Positions 29,218 through 42,079 of a DNA stretch of 64,000 bases are shown here, one piece after another. The notes beneath the pieces were generated by a model. That model was given only the letters and a program-made list of their open reading frames with translations. It did not search any database and was not told where the DNA came from. Source of the DNA: the human T2T-CHM13v2.0 reference genome, Homo sapiens; NCBI RefSeq assembly GCF_009914755.1, contig NC_060929.1. One strand, 5' to 3'. The position numbers and the translations under genes were made by a program. The stretch's first letter is position 1. The number at the start of each line of letters is the position of its first letter.

Positions 29218-29849
29218 AAAATGGTCCAGTTGTTGTAGAGAACTGTTTGGTAGTTTATTATAAAGTTAAATATACGTCTACTCCATGATCCAGTAATTCT
29301 ACTTATAGGTATTCATTAAAGAGAAATGAAAACATAAAATCACAAAAAGACTTGTACAAGAATATTGGTAGCAGTTTTATTGATAATAACCAAAAACGGA
29401 TCACTCAAATGTCCGTTAAAATATTAAAGGATAAAAAAATTGTAGTATAGTCATATGGCAAAATATACAGCAATAAAAAAGCACTACCTACTACATGCAA
29501 CAACATGAATTAAATCTCATAAGCAAACATTATGTTCAGCAAAGAATGTGAGGCACAAAAAAGTACATACTCTCTGACTCAATTTGCTAAAGTCAGGCAA
29601 GTTTATAATAATACAAATTTAAAAGTGTTTGCCTAAGTGGTGGAAAGGTGGTGTATGGGAAGAGGGATGGTTAAATGGACTGGGAAGGAGTTTGAAGGAA
29701 CTTCCTGGAGCTATGGAAATGTTCTACATCTTGTTTTAGGTGGTGCTTTCATGGCTGGATAGAATAACCAAAATCTTAAAATCTGTGCATTTTTTACTTG
29801 TTAATTATATATCAATATAAAATGATTCCCAAATGGATTCTCATATGTT

Positions 29850-30070
29850 GGATTCCTATTGCATACCAGGCATTCTGCTTATGCCTTTGAAAGTGGTATC
29901 TATAAATAAGCCTATCAGTTCCTTATGGGAATGGGTATATAAATTTTTCTTATTTTAACATAGGAGGAAATTGGAACTCTTTAGATCAACTCCATGAAAC
30001 TTATATGGTTAGTAAACATCGGAAATGTTATTTAAATCAAGGTCTAATGTCAAAACCCATGCTGTTCCTA
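29850..30070 (-). mobile_element. MIR
   Basis: ataccaggcattctgct...tattttaacataggaggaaattgga. Confidence 0.6.
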
Positions 30071-30504
30071 GAATGTCACACTTGCATAGTCAATGCCACT
30101 TACAGTCTCTAATGACAAAATAAACAGACTTGGTAATTTGTGGGTGCAGTTGAAATAGATGGAGCTATGGAGAATGAAATTCAAAGACTGTGACTTGATG
30201 TCAGAAATTTTGTTTGTAAGAACCCATGTGTCATAGAGAGAAGCACAGAGTGATTCTTAGCATATTGCCAAACTTACAATGCCCATTAGCTAAATAATTT
30301 GAATGTGAACTATTTTAAGAAACTGAGTTATTTGGTGCACGTGCCTGTCAGAATAAATCACTTTATAATTCTTTTATTTGATAGAATTACAATTGTCAAA
30401 AAGATTCAGACAAAAAAAGGTATTTTTTCTCCTTCAATTGTTCCCTGCTAAAATAGCATTTTACTAAGAGAAAACAACAATAGAAATATGGAGAACAAAT
30501 ATGA

Positions 30505-30720
30505 CTTTTAAATACTACTGGAGTAGATGATATAGCTAGAGAGGCTCTCAGAGAGTATCTCTCTATACATGAGTTTGCCTTGCTCTTTATCACAGTATTC
30601 AATTTTTTTTCGGTATCAGAGATCCATTTCTTTTAGGGTTTGATGATATTTTGCTCCTCACGAATACCTTACTGAAATGCAAATACCTCTCAGGAGTGGA
30701 CCATTAAACTTTATCAACAA
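30505..30720 (+). pseudogene. Exon-like remnant with RGS helix 3/4-like reading
   Basis: LLNTTGVDDIAREALREYLSIHEFALLFITVFNF; boundaries unclear. Confidence 0.35.
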
Positions 30721-30820
30721 AAACAGGAGTTTCCGGATAAGGAAGTAGAAAACAAAAAGCAATTATGTTAGTCAGGATAGGATAAGCTATGTGGTGGTAA
30801 TAAATAAATCCTGAAATCCT

Positions 30821-31218
<398 letters not shown>

Positions 31219-31279
31219 TTATACATGTACTAACATGGGGATCCAGGTTGTTTTTACCTTTTTGTTTTATTCTTTTGCC

Positions 31280-31573
31280 TTTTTTTTTTTTTTGAGACAG
31301 AGTCTTGCTCTGTCACCTGGGTTGGAGTGCAGTGGCCGAACCTTGGCTCACTGCAACCTCCACCTCCTAGGTTTAAGCAATTTTCTGCCTCAGCCTCCCG
31401 AGTAGTTGGGATTACAGGCGTCTGCCACCACACCCGGCTGATTTTTTGTATTTTTAGTAGAGATGGGGTTTTGTCCTCTTGGTAAGGCTGGCCTTGAACT
31501 CCTGACCTCATGATCCACCCACCTCCGCCTCCCAAAGTGCTGGGATTACAGGTGTAAGCCACCGCGCCCGGCC
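31280..31573 (-). mobile_element. AluS
   Basis: Antisense full dimer; TSD ttttgcctt. Confidence 0.92.
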
Positions 31574-31603
31574 TTGTTTTGCCTTCTTAAAAGGTGGCAT
31601 TCC

Positions 31604-31902
<299 letters not shown>

Positions 31903-32576
31903 AAAAGGTGGCATTCATGGCCTCTGGCAAAGAACGGTGAGTATCACCTTTATTCACATTATGTTGATCAGAACTCAGTATCCCTGTCCATTTTATGGAA
32001 AATGAGAAAATATTTTTCTACATGTGTAGGCATAGAAAATGATGTTATAAATACACACAACCTTCCACAGCAGAGTTATAGTGGTGAGAAAAACACAGAA
32101 AGAGAGGCTTGCAAATTCAAATGTGAATTTAGTCAATTTCAAGGAACATCTAGGATGGCTAATCTTGTATAAAAATGTAAACTTTAGAAACCACAGCTAC
32201 CTCATTCCATATGTATATGTTCTCTTAGTGTATTCCTTAGACCTACAAGTGTCTACTGCCCTTTTGATTGTGCCATCTTGTTAACTCTCAAACCTTATCC
32301 TTAGGAGAGATCTGATGTGCTCTTTTCTATTAAGGCATAGGAAAGTCACCATCAGGACTGTGACCAAGCATACTTCCCTACTTTTTCACATTCCTAAGAA
32401 GTACATAGCTAGAATTATGTGGCATTCCCTCAAGTAACATGAACTTAAGAGAATGCTACTTATTTTAAATCTGTAAAACAAAAGCAACCAAAAAATCATT
32501 TTATTTGCAGATTCTGTATGCTCTATAAATCTCGTATTTTACAAGCTCCTTTGGATCATGAAAATAACTTCCTAAA

Positions 32577-35500
32577 TGAAGAGTCTGCAAGGCCCCTGCC
32601 CACCTGCTCCTGAGAACACGCTCATCGCCTGCGGGCATCGCCTCCGCTCCCTGGAGCCTCCAGGAGATCTCTGACCCACCAGGGGCAGGGGAGGGCATTG
32701 GTGGGGGGCTGGGGGCATGCGCGGGGAGGCCGGGGCTGGGCCCAGGGGTGGCCGCCGGCCCCTTCTGTGTCTGGGGTGGGAGGGCTTTGGCAGGGCCCTT
32801 TTGGGGTGTGTGGCCCAACCCAGCCTGGGTGGTGCTACCCTGAGGGCCCGGGCAGTGCAGGGAGAGCCCAGGTCTGCAGGTGGGCCCTTGAGCAGCAGGT
32901 TTCATCATTCATTCATCCATTTAGTGGCTGTTTCCTGAAAAACCTCTGGGACTTCGCCCCAAACCTCCCGAGTCTTAGAGGGTAATGCAGCCGGAGATTG
33001 GCTGCTCCCAGGGCTGGAGTTCAGGGTAGGTGCAGTCAGCTCAGAGTCACCGCTGGGCAGTGAAGTCTGGGGAGACTTCCTGGAGGAGGTGGCATTGTCA
33101 CCGTGCCCCAAAGCATTTGAGCCCCTGGACTCGGGACCCCTCGCCGCCCAAGGGCCTTGCTGGCCATCACTCTTCTCCCCCACAGTTTGTGCTGTCCCAG
33201 AAGAGCACAGCTGTTGAAATGTGCTCCCCATCTCCCCTGACAAGCTCCACCATCTTGCCCCATCCTCCCCTGCCAGCCCCGCGGGGGCGTGTGGGACAGG
33301 ACACCCAAAAGTCCCTCTCCTTCCTGCCCTCAGCATCCCCTCTCAGCTCGTGCACACCAGAGGCTGGATCTGGAGGATGGGGCAGAGAGGCCTCCGGGTC
33401 CTGTTGTGGGGACGGCTGGCACCGGCCTTGGGCCTTCCCCGGGTGATCCCACTGAAGCACGTGGCCTTCTCTGACCCCATGCCTGACTGTGAATGGGTGA
33501 GGCTCTGAGGACCACAGAGACCTGTCCCTCAGGCCCTGCCCAGGCCCTGCCCATCCCTCCTGCCTGGGGCTCTGGGGCTGGGTCGGTGAGAGCAGATCGG
33601 GCAGTATCTGGGGAGTCCCAGCTCTGCCCTCAACTTGCCCTGAGGTGACAAAGCCTCGGCTGAAGAGGAGTGGGACCCACTGGGTCTGCAGTAGGTAAGG
33701 TCCAGGGCCCGACCACGCCTGGGGGCTGTCCCGGCTCCGGCCTCGGCCCGGGCCCCCCACCCCCCCGACCAAGCTGGCCTTCCTGCCTGCACCCATCTGG
33801 GTCTTGTGTGCCCCTGAGCTGGGGCAGTGCCCCCTGCCAGCATCCCAAGAACAGGAACGGACCGCAGAGGACCAGATGTGACTGCACAGGGGCCTGGACG
33901 CCAGCTTCTTCCCTCCCGCCTGCTTTCTCACCTGGAACCGTGGCCATCTCAGAGGAAATGGGCCTGTCTCCGGACTTTCTCACCCGCATCGCGGGGAGGG
34001 CCCTCTGGGCTGCCTGCAGTGCACCGTGTGTCCAGCAGGGGGCAAGCGCCCGGCCCCGGAGCCGCAGCCCACTTGGGGCCGCGCAGGGTCCTCGCCCGAC
34101 CTGTGTCTGAACACGCAGGAGCGGCCGGGCCAGGCAGTCCCAGCGCATTTTAATAGTGGAATGTAATTCCTGGGCAGCAGAAAAATGAAAGTGAGATCTA
34201 TGAATTATTACAAATGCTCTCAATCTGCTGTGCCGTGCAGCGGGGCCCTGGGCTGGAAAGCCTTTTTTTTCTCGTGTTTAAGTTGGCGTGGAAGATGAAA
34301 TAGTCACAGAGACACAGTGGCCCCTCCAAGCTGTTATTGCCAGCTGTGTGTTTCCTGTAAACACTTTTCTGATTTATAACCTCACTCTGCTTTATAAATG
34401 GAAAAACCAGAAATACCTTCAGGAGCAGCCTTTCACCGCCCAAGAGGCCTCTGCGTCTGCACGTGGCCGCCGGGGCAGGGTGCCGGGGCTTCTGGTCAGC
34501 CTTCCTTCCCAGGGCCAAGGCCTCCACCCAGGCCTGGCGCGAATGTGGGTCCTGGAAGGGTGACCCACGGTGCCTGTTTGCCTGGGACATACGGGGTTTC
34601 CAGAACTCGGGGTATTCGATGCAAACCTGGCAGTTTCCCGGCAAGCTGCTTCCCTGGACTCTGGCGGTTCTTCTTTTGGTCGACAGACGCTGTGGATGGG
34701 TTTTCTGTTTGTTTTGGAAGGAGAGGAGGTACTCAAACATCCGGCGATTGTCTTTGCTGGCCTGTGTCCGAGAGGGGAAGCTGATGCCCGTGGCTGGAGG
34801 ACCTCGTGTCGTACCTAGAGTCCCTTCAGGACGGCCGACTGCCAGCCATGGGCCACCCGGGAGCTCACCCCACAGCCCCGCCTCGGTGCCCACACCTGGG
34901 CCAGGTGGCCATGGGGTCCCCAGGCCTCGTGCAGTTGAGGGAAGGGACTCGCTGCAGCCTCCATGCTGGCGTCTGGCCTCAGAAAGAGGACACAGGAAAC
35001 GTTGGCCACTGACTCCTGATATCACAGTAACCCAGGGCGTCTGAGATGCTATCCTGTTCAATGGGGAACTGAGTCACTTGTCCCAAGTCCTGCAGTGACC
35101 CAGAGCCGTGCAGGTCCAACCCGGAGCAACAGAGCCCTTGGAGCAGGCGGTGTGGATGGCGGCCCCGTCACAGCCAGGATGCGGGGTCAGCTGGGGTGTG
35201 GGTTGTCAGCATACTGGGGTTGCCTAGGGTTATTTGGGGAGTGGGTTGTCAGTGTCCTGGGGTTGTCTAGGATTGTCTGGGGTGTGGGTTGTCAGTGTTC
35301 CAGGGTTATTCTGGGTGTGGGTGTGGGTTTTCAGTGCCTCGGGGTTGTCTGGGGTGTGGACTGTCAGTGTTCTGGGGTCGTCTGGGGTCTGGGGTGTGGG
35401 TTGTCAATGCCCTGGAGTTTCCTGGGGCGTTGCCTCCTCTCCCCGGGGCAGATCTTCGTAACATCAGGAATTCGCAGGCACATGTGTCTGGGCGTTGGGA

Positions 35501-35603
35501 AGCAAACAGTCTGTGCACAGTCTGTGCTGGATTTGCTCTGCGGATTCTTGAATTATCTGGAGAATACGAGCTTCCTGAAAAAATAATAATAAAAAAATAA
35601 AAA
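32577..35603 (+). pseudogene. Retrotransposed GC-rich non-TE sequence (retrocopy or orphan transduction), source unidentified
   Basis: Perfect TSD aaaataacttcctaaa at 32561-32576 and 35604-35619; A-rich tail 35578-35603; abrupt GC switch (50/60 GC in line 33721 versus 14/60 in line 32461). Confidence 0.92.
35190..35427. repeat. G-rich minisatellite (ggggtgtgggttgtcagtgt...ggggttgtct units)
   Basis: About 6 degenerate units of 33-43 bp inside the retrocopy. Confidence 0.85.
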
Positions 35604-35822
35604 AAAATAACTTCCTAAAGAAAGAGACATAAAGAGAAGACAAAGCAGACTGACTATGAATAAATCACAATCTTAATTAATATTTGTTTTCTTTAAATAT
35701 TCTTTACAGGAAAGTTATTTTCCAAGTTTTCTCATCAGAACTTGCAACAATGATGACATGCATCACTGAGAAATCAAGAGATGGAGAATAAAATTTTTCT
35801 TTGTGTTTGAAAATTACCTTTA

Positions 35823-38800
35823 TGAAAATTAAATTACACACTTTTTAATATCCGGTGGATTAAAAAAGAAACCAAAAAGGAAACAAAAAATTTTTTGAGA
35901 CAAATGAAAATGGAAACACAGCATGTCAAAACTCAAGGGGTGCAGCAAAAGCAGATCTAAGAAGGAAGTCTATAGCAATAAATGACCACATTAAGAGAGA
36001 AAAAAGATCTTAAACAACCTACCTTTACACCTTAAAGAACTAGAAAAAAAAAAAACTAAGCCCAAATTCACCAGAAAGAAAAAATAATCATAAATATTAG
36101 AGGAGAAATAAATAAAATGGAGACTAGAAAAATAATAGATCAATAAAACTGTGTTTTCTGAAAATACAAACAAAATTAGCAAACCTTTAGATAAACTAAG
36201 AAGAGAAGAGAGAAGATTTAAAGAAATAAGATAAAAAATTAAAGAAGAGACAATCCAACTGATTCCACAGAAATAAAAAAGATCGTAAGAGGCTATGATC
36301 AACTATGAACAATTATATGCTGTAAACTGGATAATCTAAAAGAAATGGGTAAATTTCTAAAAACACAGGTTACCAAGACAGAATCATGAAGACAAAGAAA
36401 ATCTTAACAGACTAATGATGAGTAAGGGAATTAAGTAATCAAAAACCTCCAAAAAAGAAAAGCCCCATAATTCATGGCTTCACTGGTGAATTCTACAAAA
36501 CAGTTAAAAAATAAGTAACATCAATCCTTCTAAAACTCATCCAAAAAATTAAAAAGAAGAGAACATGTCCAAACTTATTATATTAGGCCTTTATCACGCT
36601 GATATCAAAACCAGACAAAAACACTACAAGAAAAGAAAATTATAAGCCAATATTCCTGATAAACATCATTGATGCAAAAATCCTCAACAAAATATTAGCA
36701 AACTGAATTCAACAGCATGTTAAAAGGATTATACACCATGATCAAGTAGGATTTTCCCTGGGATGTAAGGATATTTTAATGTATGCAAATCAATAAGTAT
36801 GATTACACCATATGGATGGAATAAAGAAAAAATCCTATGATTTTTTCTGCAATAGATGCAGAAAAAACATTTGACACAGTTCAACATCCTTTCATGAAAA
36901 AAACTGTTAACAAATTAGGTATAGAAAGAATGTACCTCAGCATAACAGAGGCCACATATGACAGGCCCACAGTGAACATTATACTCAATGGTGAAAAGCT
37001 TTCAGCTTCCTCTAAGATAAGGAACAAGATGAGGATGCCCAATCTTATCACTTCTATTTAATGAAGTACTGAAGGCAAGAAAAAGAAACAAAATGCTCCA
37101 AATTGGAAAGAAATAAAGTTGTCTCTGCAGATGATATAATCTTATACATAAAAACCTTAATGCTCCACCAATAAAATGGTTAGAACTAATTAACAAATTC
37201 AGTGAAGTTGTACAATACAAAATCAACAGTGTGTTTGATTTTAATGTTTCTGTATACTACCAATGAACTACCCAAAAGAGAAATTTTAAAAAAATGCTAT
37301 TTCCAATAGCTTCACAAAAATACAAATAAGTTTAACTGAGGCAGAGAAATATCTGTATAATGAAAACCGTAAAACATTGATTAAAAAATTGATGAAGACA
37401 CAAATAAGTGGAAAGATATCCTATATCCATAGATTGGATGAATCAATATTGTTAAAACATCTGCACTGCCAGGTACAGAAAGACAAATGTTGCATGTTCT
37501 CACTTATTTGTGGGATCTAAAAATCAAAACAATTGCATACACAGAGAGAGAGAATAGAAGGATGGTTACCAGAGGCTGGAAAGGGTAGTGGATGGGGGTA
37601 AGTGGATACGGTTAATGGGTGCAAAAAATTAGTTGTAAAAAATGAAGACCTAGTATTTCATAGCACAATAGAGTGACTATAGTCAATAATAATTTAGTTA
37701 TACATTTTAAAATAGCTAAAAGTTATTTAGTTATTTACAAACTGGGCTGTTTGTAACACAAAGGATAGTTGTTTAAGGAAATGAATATCCCATTTTCCAT
37801 AGAGTGGTTAGTACACATTGCATGCCTGTGTCAAAACATCTCATGTACCCCCAAAATACATACACTTACTACGTACTCACAAAAATTAAAAATTAAAAAA
37901 ATAAAGAAAAATTCCTGTACTATCCAAAGCAATCTACAGATTAAATGTGATTCCTATCAAAATTCTAGTGATTTTTCCACGAAAATAGAAAAGAAATCCA
38001 AAATTCATATAGAACCACAAAAGATCCCAAATAGCCAAAGCAATCTTAAACAAGAAGAACAAAGCTGCAGGCATCGCCCTACCTGATTTCAAAACATACT
38101 ACAAGGCAATAGTATCAAAACTACATAGTATTGGCATAAAAACAGACTCATAGACCAAAGCAACAGAATAGAGAGCCCAGAAATAAATTCATGCATTTAC
38201 AGTCAAATGATCTTCAGCAAAGGTGCCAAGAATACACAAGGAGGGAAAGGGCAATCTCTTCAATAAGTAGTGATGGGAAAACTGGAAATCCACATGCAGA
38301 AGAATGAAATCGATCCATATTTCACAATACATACAAAAATCAACTCAAAATGAGTGAAAGACATAAATGTAAAACCAAAAACTGTAAAACTACTGAAAAA
38401 AAAACATAGGAGAATAGCTCCACATCATTTTTATGAAAAAAAAAAAAAAAAAAAAAAAAAAAAACAAAAAAACCATAGGGGAATAGCTCCATGTCATTTT
38501 TATGGGCACTGATTTTTTTGGATGTGACCCAAAAAGCACAGGAAATAAAAGCAAAAGTAGACAAATGGGATTACATCAAACTAACAAGCTTCTGCACAGC
38601 AAGGGAAACAATAAACTGTTTGAAGGGATCACCTATGGGATGGATGAAAATATTTGCAAACCATACATCTGATAAGGGGATAATATGCAAAATACATAAG
38701 AAATTCAAATGACTCAATAGAAAGAAAACAAATAACCTGGTTTAAAAACTGGTAAAGGATCTCAATGGGTATTTTTCAAAAGAAGACAAATGGCCAAAAG

Positions 38801-39708
38801 GTATATGAAAAAATGCTGAACATCACTAATTATCAGAGAAATGCAAATTAAAACCACAATGAGCTATCACCTCACACCTGTTAGAATGACTATTATGAAA
38901 AAAGTAAGTGTTGGCAAGGATACGGAGAGGAGGGAATCCTTGTACACTGCTGTTGGAAATGTAAATTAGTACAGCCATTATGGAAAATACTATGGAGGTT
39001 CCTCAAAAATTTGAAAATAGAGTTACTATACGATCCAATTATCTTATTTTTGGATATGTATCTAGAAGAAATGAAATTAGTATGCTGAAGATATAGCTGC
39101 ACTCCCATGTTGGCTGAAGCATGATTCAAAATAGCCAAGCTGTGAAAACAACCTAAGTGTTCATCAGTGGATGAATGAGCTGCATGTACAATGAAATACT
39201 ATTCAGCCTTTAAAAAGAAAGAAATCTTATTATTTGGGAAAGCATACATGAACCTACAGGACATTATACTAAGTGGAAAAAAAGACAAAGAAAGACAAAT
39301 ACTGCATGATGTCATTTATTTGAGGGATCTAAAAAAGTCAAACTCATAGAAGCATAGTGTGGTTGCCAGGAGCCAAGGTGGGGGTGGGGCAATGAGGAGA
39401 TGTTGGTGAAAGGGTACAAAGTTTCAGTTAGACAGGGTAAATAAGAGTGTACTCTTATACAGCATGGTGACTACATTTAATAACAATATATTGTATACTT
39501 TAAAGTTGCTAAGAGATTAGATCTTACATGTTCTTACAACAACCAAAGTATGTGAGGTCTTGGATATATCAATTAGCTTGATTTAACTATTTCACAATGT
39601 ATATTATATCAAAACATCACGTTATATACCATATATGTACAATTTTTATTTGTCATTTATATGTTAATAAAAAATAATAATAAGTAATCTGAGTCTTTAA
39701 GAAAAAAA
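35823..39708 (+). mobile_element. 5'-truncated L1MA (about L1MA5-8) ORF2 and 3' UTR
   Basis: ORF2 remnants ([26 protein letters not shown]); TSD gaaaattaccttta/gaaaattatcttta. Confidence 0.92.
37471..37912 (+). mobile_element. Nested L1MA2/3-like 3' UTR inserted in the older L1
   Basis: gaaagacaaatgttgcatgttctcac...cacaaaaattaaaaattaaaaaa; host ORF2 resumes after a degenerate TSD. Confidence 0.85.
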
Positions 39709-40425
39709 GAAAATTATCTTTACAGGATAAGTTTTCAGTTTATCAACAAAAAGAAAGATTTAAGCAGAACTTTTACTTATCTCTGGAATATCTTTTTATC
39801 AAGATAAGGAGATGAAAAATAAATTCTTCATGGAAACCAATTTCAAAAGGCTATACCACTCTTTTACAGGAAATACTGTTTCACACCATTACATGTAATA
39901 AGAATTGATTGTCACCAGCTCAGTTTGGTAATACAGTTGCAATATAGTTGCAATAATTACTTCTGACACTGTCACAAGCATCAAAATGTTTAACAAATAT
40001 TTCACAAATGTGAAGATAATTCTAATAAGTGATTTTTCACGATATTTCTTTGTTATTTGGTAACTGTAGCAAAATGCCAGATGATTCTCATTACCATAGA
40101 AGTCAATTGGCAGGTGACAAATAATTTTTACAAAGTTATTGAATCAATGTCAGAATCAGAGTAAAAAAAATTGTGATGGACTTGCTATGAGTAGAACTAC
40201 TGATTGTTTCTGACATCATTGCTTTCCGAGTTTGAGGTTTAAATAAGTAATAGAATTGTAAGGGTTAGAGAAATGGCCTCAAAATTAAAAGGCGAGATTT
40301 ATATGCATTCTGAATAGAAACCAGAGGAAACTGGAGAAACCACCACCATTACAGCAACATCCAGCTTTTGATTACTTATAATCATAACCATTTGATTGCT
40401 ATTTGATAGAAATAGTCTTTTACAG

Positions 40426-40876
40426 CAAGTCAATTTGATGAAAAATTCCTGTCACATTGAGTATTTCTTTCAGGACACGTGGCTTTGATGACTTTGATCC
40501 CCTTTCTCTTTCTTTTTGTCTTGGTGGCCATGATGCAATAATCTGTAAGAATAGGGAGATGATGAGGCTGAATAGAGCAGCTGTATGATTGACCATCACA
40601 GTGGTCAGAATCCAGAGGACTCAATCAGCTCACTGGGGTGAGGATTAGCACGCAGGAACTGCTGATTGATGGGCACTGCCTCTTCTCAGCTCCAACACAA
40701 CACGACCAATCCTGCAACCATGACATCTGAAATATGAGATTGTGGAATGAACATGACTTGAAGTGAGGGTGCTTTCCTGAAGGAAAGAGAAAATTAGGGA
40801 GAAAGAAAAAATAGTCTTGATTATAAGCACTGTGATTAGGACCATGATAACCACAGCTCAAACTGAAGCATAAAAG
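40426..40876 (+). pseudogene. Exon-like remnant spanning an RGS-like domain
   Basis: gtcttttacAG acceptor, aaaag|GTattt donor; QVNLMKNSCHIEYF / FR...LSFCL...MRLNRA / CLFSA...LWNE across frameshifts. Confidence 0.4.
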
Positions 40877-41914
40877 GTATTTGGCTTTTGTTTTTTAAAC
40901 ATATGAACACGGCAGATGCCGCTTTGACTTGCCTCAGCAATAGCCTTTACTCGGTGTTAAGTCTAGCCTCCTTATATACTTAGCAATTTAAATGTGTTGA
41001 ATAAGATTTTTAAAATAAAAGGATACTTAGTACTCAAGAATATTAATACATGTGTTTCCTAAAGGTTACGGGGAAAAAAGATAATGTCCCAGTTGTATGT
41101 TCTGAACTAGTACAAGTCTAAAGAAAAGCTAAATGCAGTTTATCTTCTTGTTAAGAACTCAATGCTTGGCACACATTAGGATAAATCGTGTTATTTCAGG
41201 TCAGTATCTCCCCGGAAATCGTTTTTCCAACCCTACCTGCAAACACACAACTTTCTCTATTCCCGAATACCGCACATTTCATAAATGGAGAATTATCTTA
41301 CTCTAATTTAAATCAAACTGGTAAGCATACAAAGTTAGTATTTCTCCTGTTTTTGTCTAATAATTCCCTCCTGGTGTGAGTTTTAATATGTGGGAAGTAG
41401 AGAGGAAGGGGGTTAGATTTTGGAGTCAGTTAAAGGAGAGAAGGAAGTCAACAAAACAAAATTTTGCTTTCTTTAGTTTTTTCCTAAGCACATGATTTTT
41501 GGTATTGTTTTAAGAAGACAAAGGACTGATACCATAAAAGTCCATTTGAATGTTTTAATTCTAAACATACAATTTCTAGATCTACCAAATGCTAATCAAT
41601 GTTGGGAATAAATTCATAAAATAAGGGAGTAAACTCCTAGAATGAGAATATTTTTTTTTTTTTAGTGCAGAGAAGGGATTTTTAAGGTAGAACGTGAATA
41701 TGTTTTCAGCACCATTTTTTTTAAACGTGGGAAATTAAATTATCTGGAATTTGGTCACAGAGGAGCAGCTTGTATGCAAACTAAGTCAAGACTATTTCTC
41801 AATAATTTTCTAAGTGTTATTTATAAGTGGAACACACAAAAGAGAAAACGGTCCTTGTCTTCTCAGATCAACTCCTCAGATATACCACATTTTCCACTGG
41901 CAAGAAGTCATTCT

Positions 41915-42050
41915 GGCTGGGTGCAGAGGCTCAGGCCGGTAATCCCAGCAACTGGGGAGGCTGAGGCAGGAAGATCACTTGAGCCCAGGAGTTTGAGATC
42001 AGCCTGGGCAAAATAGAGAGACACCATCTCTTAAATAAAAAAAGAAAAAG
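41915..42050 (+). mobile_element. FLAM_C (free left Alu monomer)
   Basis: Single monomer with gatcacttgagcccaggagtttgag and A tail. Confidence 0.85.
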
Positions 42051-42079
42051 ACTGTACCAGAAGCAGTCTTCATGGCAGT

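Larger units (their letters stand above)
35710..40250 (+). pseudogene. Long exon-like remnant split by an L1 insertion
   Basis: Strong acceptor ttttctttaaatattctttacAG then ESYFPSFL; after the L1, VAIITSDTVTSIKMFNKYFTNVK...FFVIW* at 39947-40063. Confidence 0.35.

Noticed and set aside
32501-35600. Many long overlapping ORFs (up to 287 aa) on both strands
   Set aside because: Expected from high GC and stop-codon scarcity; P/G/R/A-rich, in all frames, with no recognisable domain.
32577-35603. SVA element
   Set aside because: No CCCTCT hexamer, Alu-like region, SVA VNTR or SINE-R sequence.
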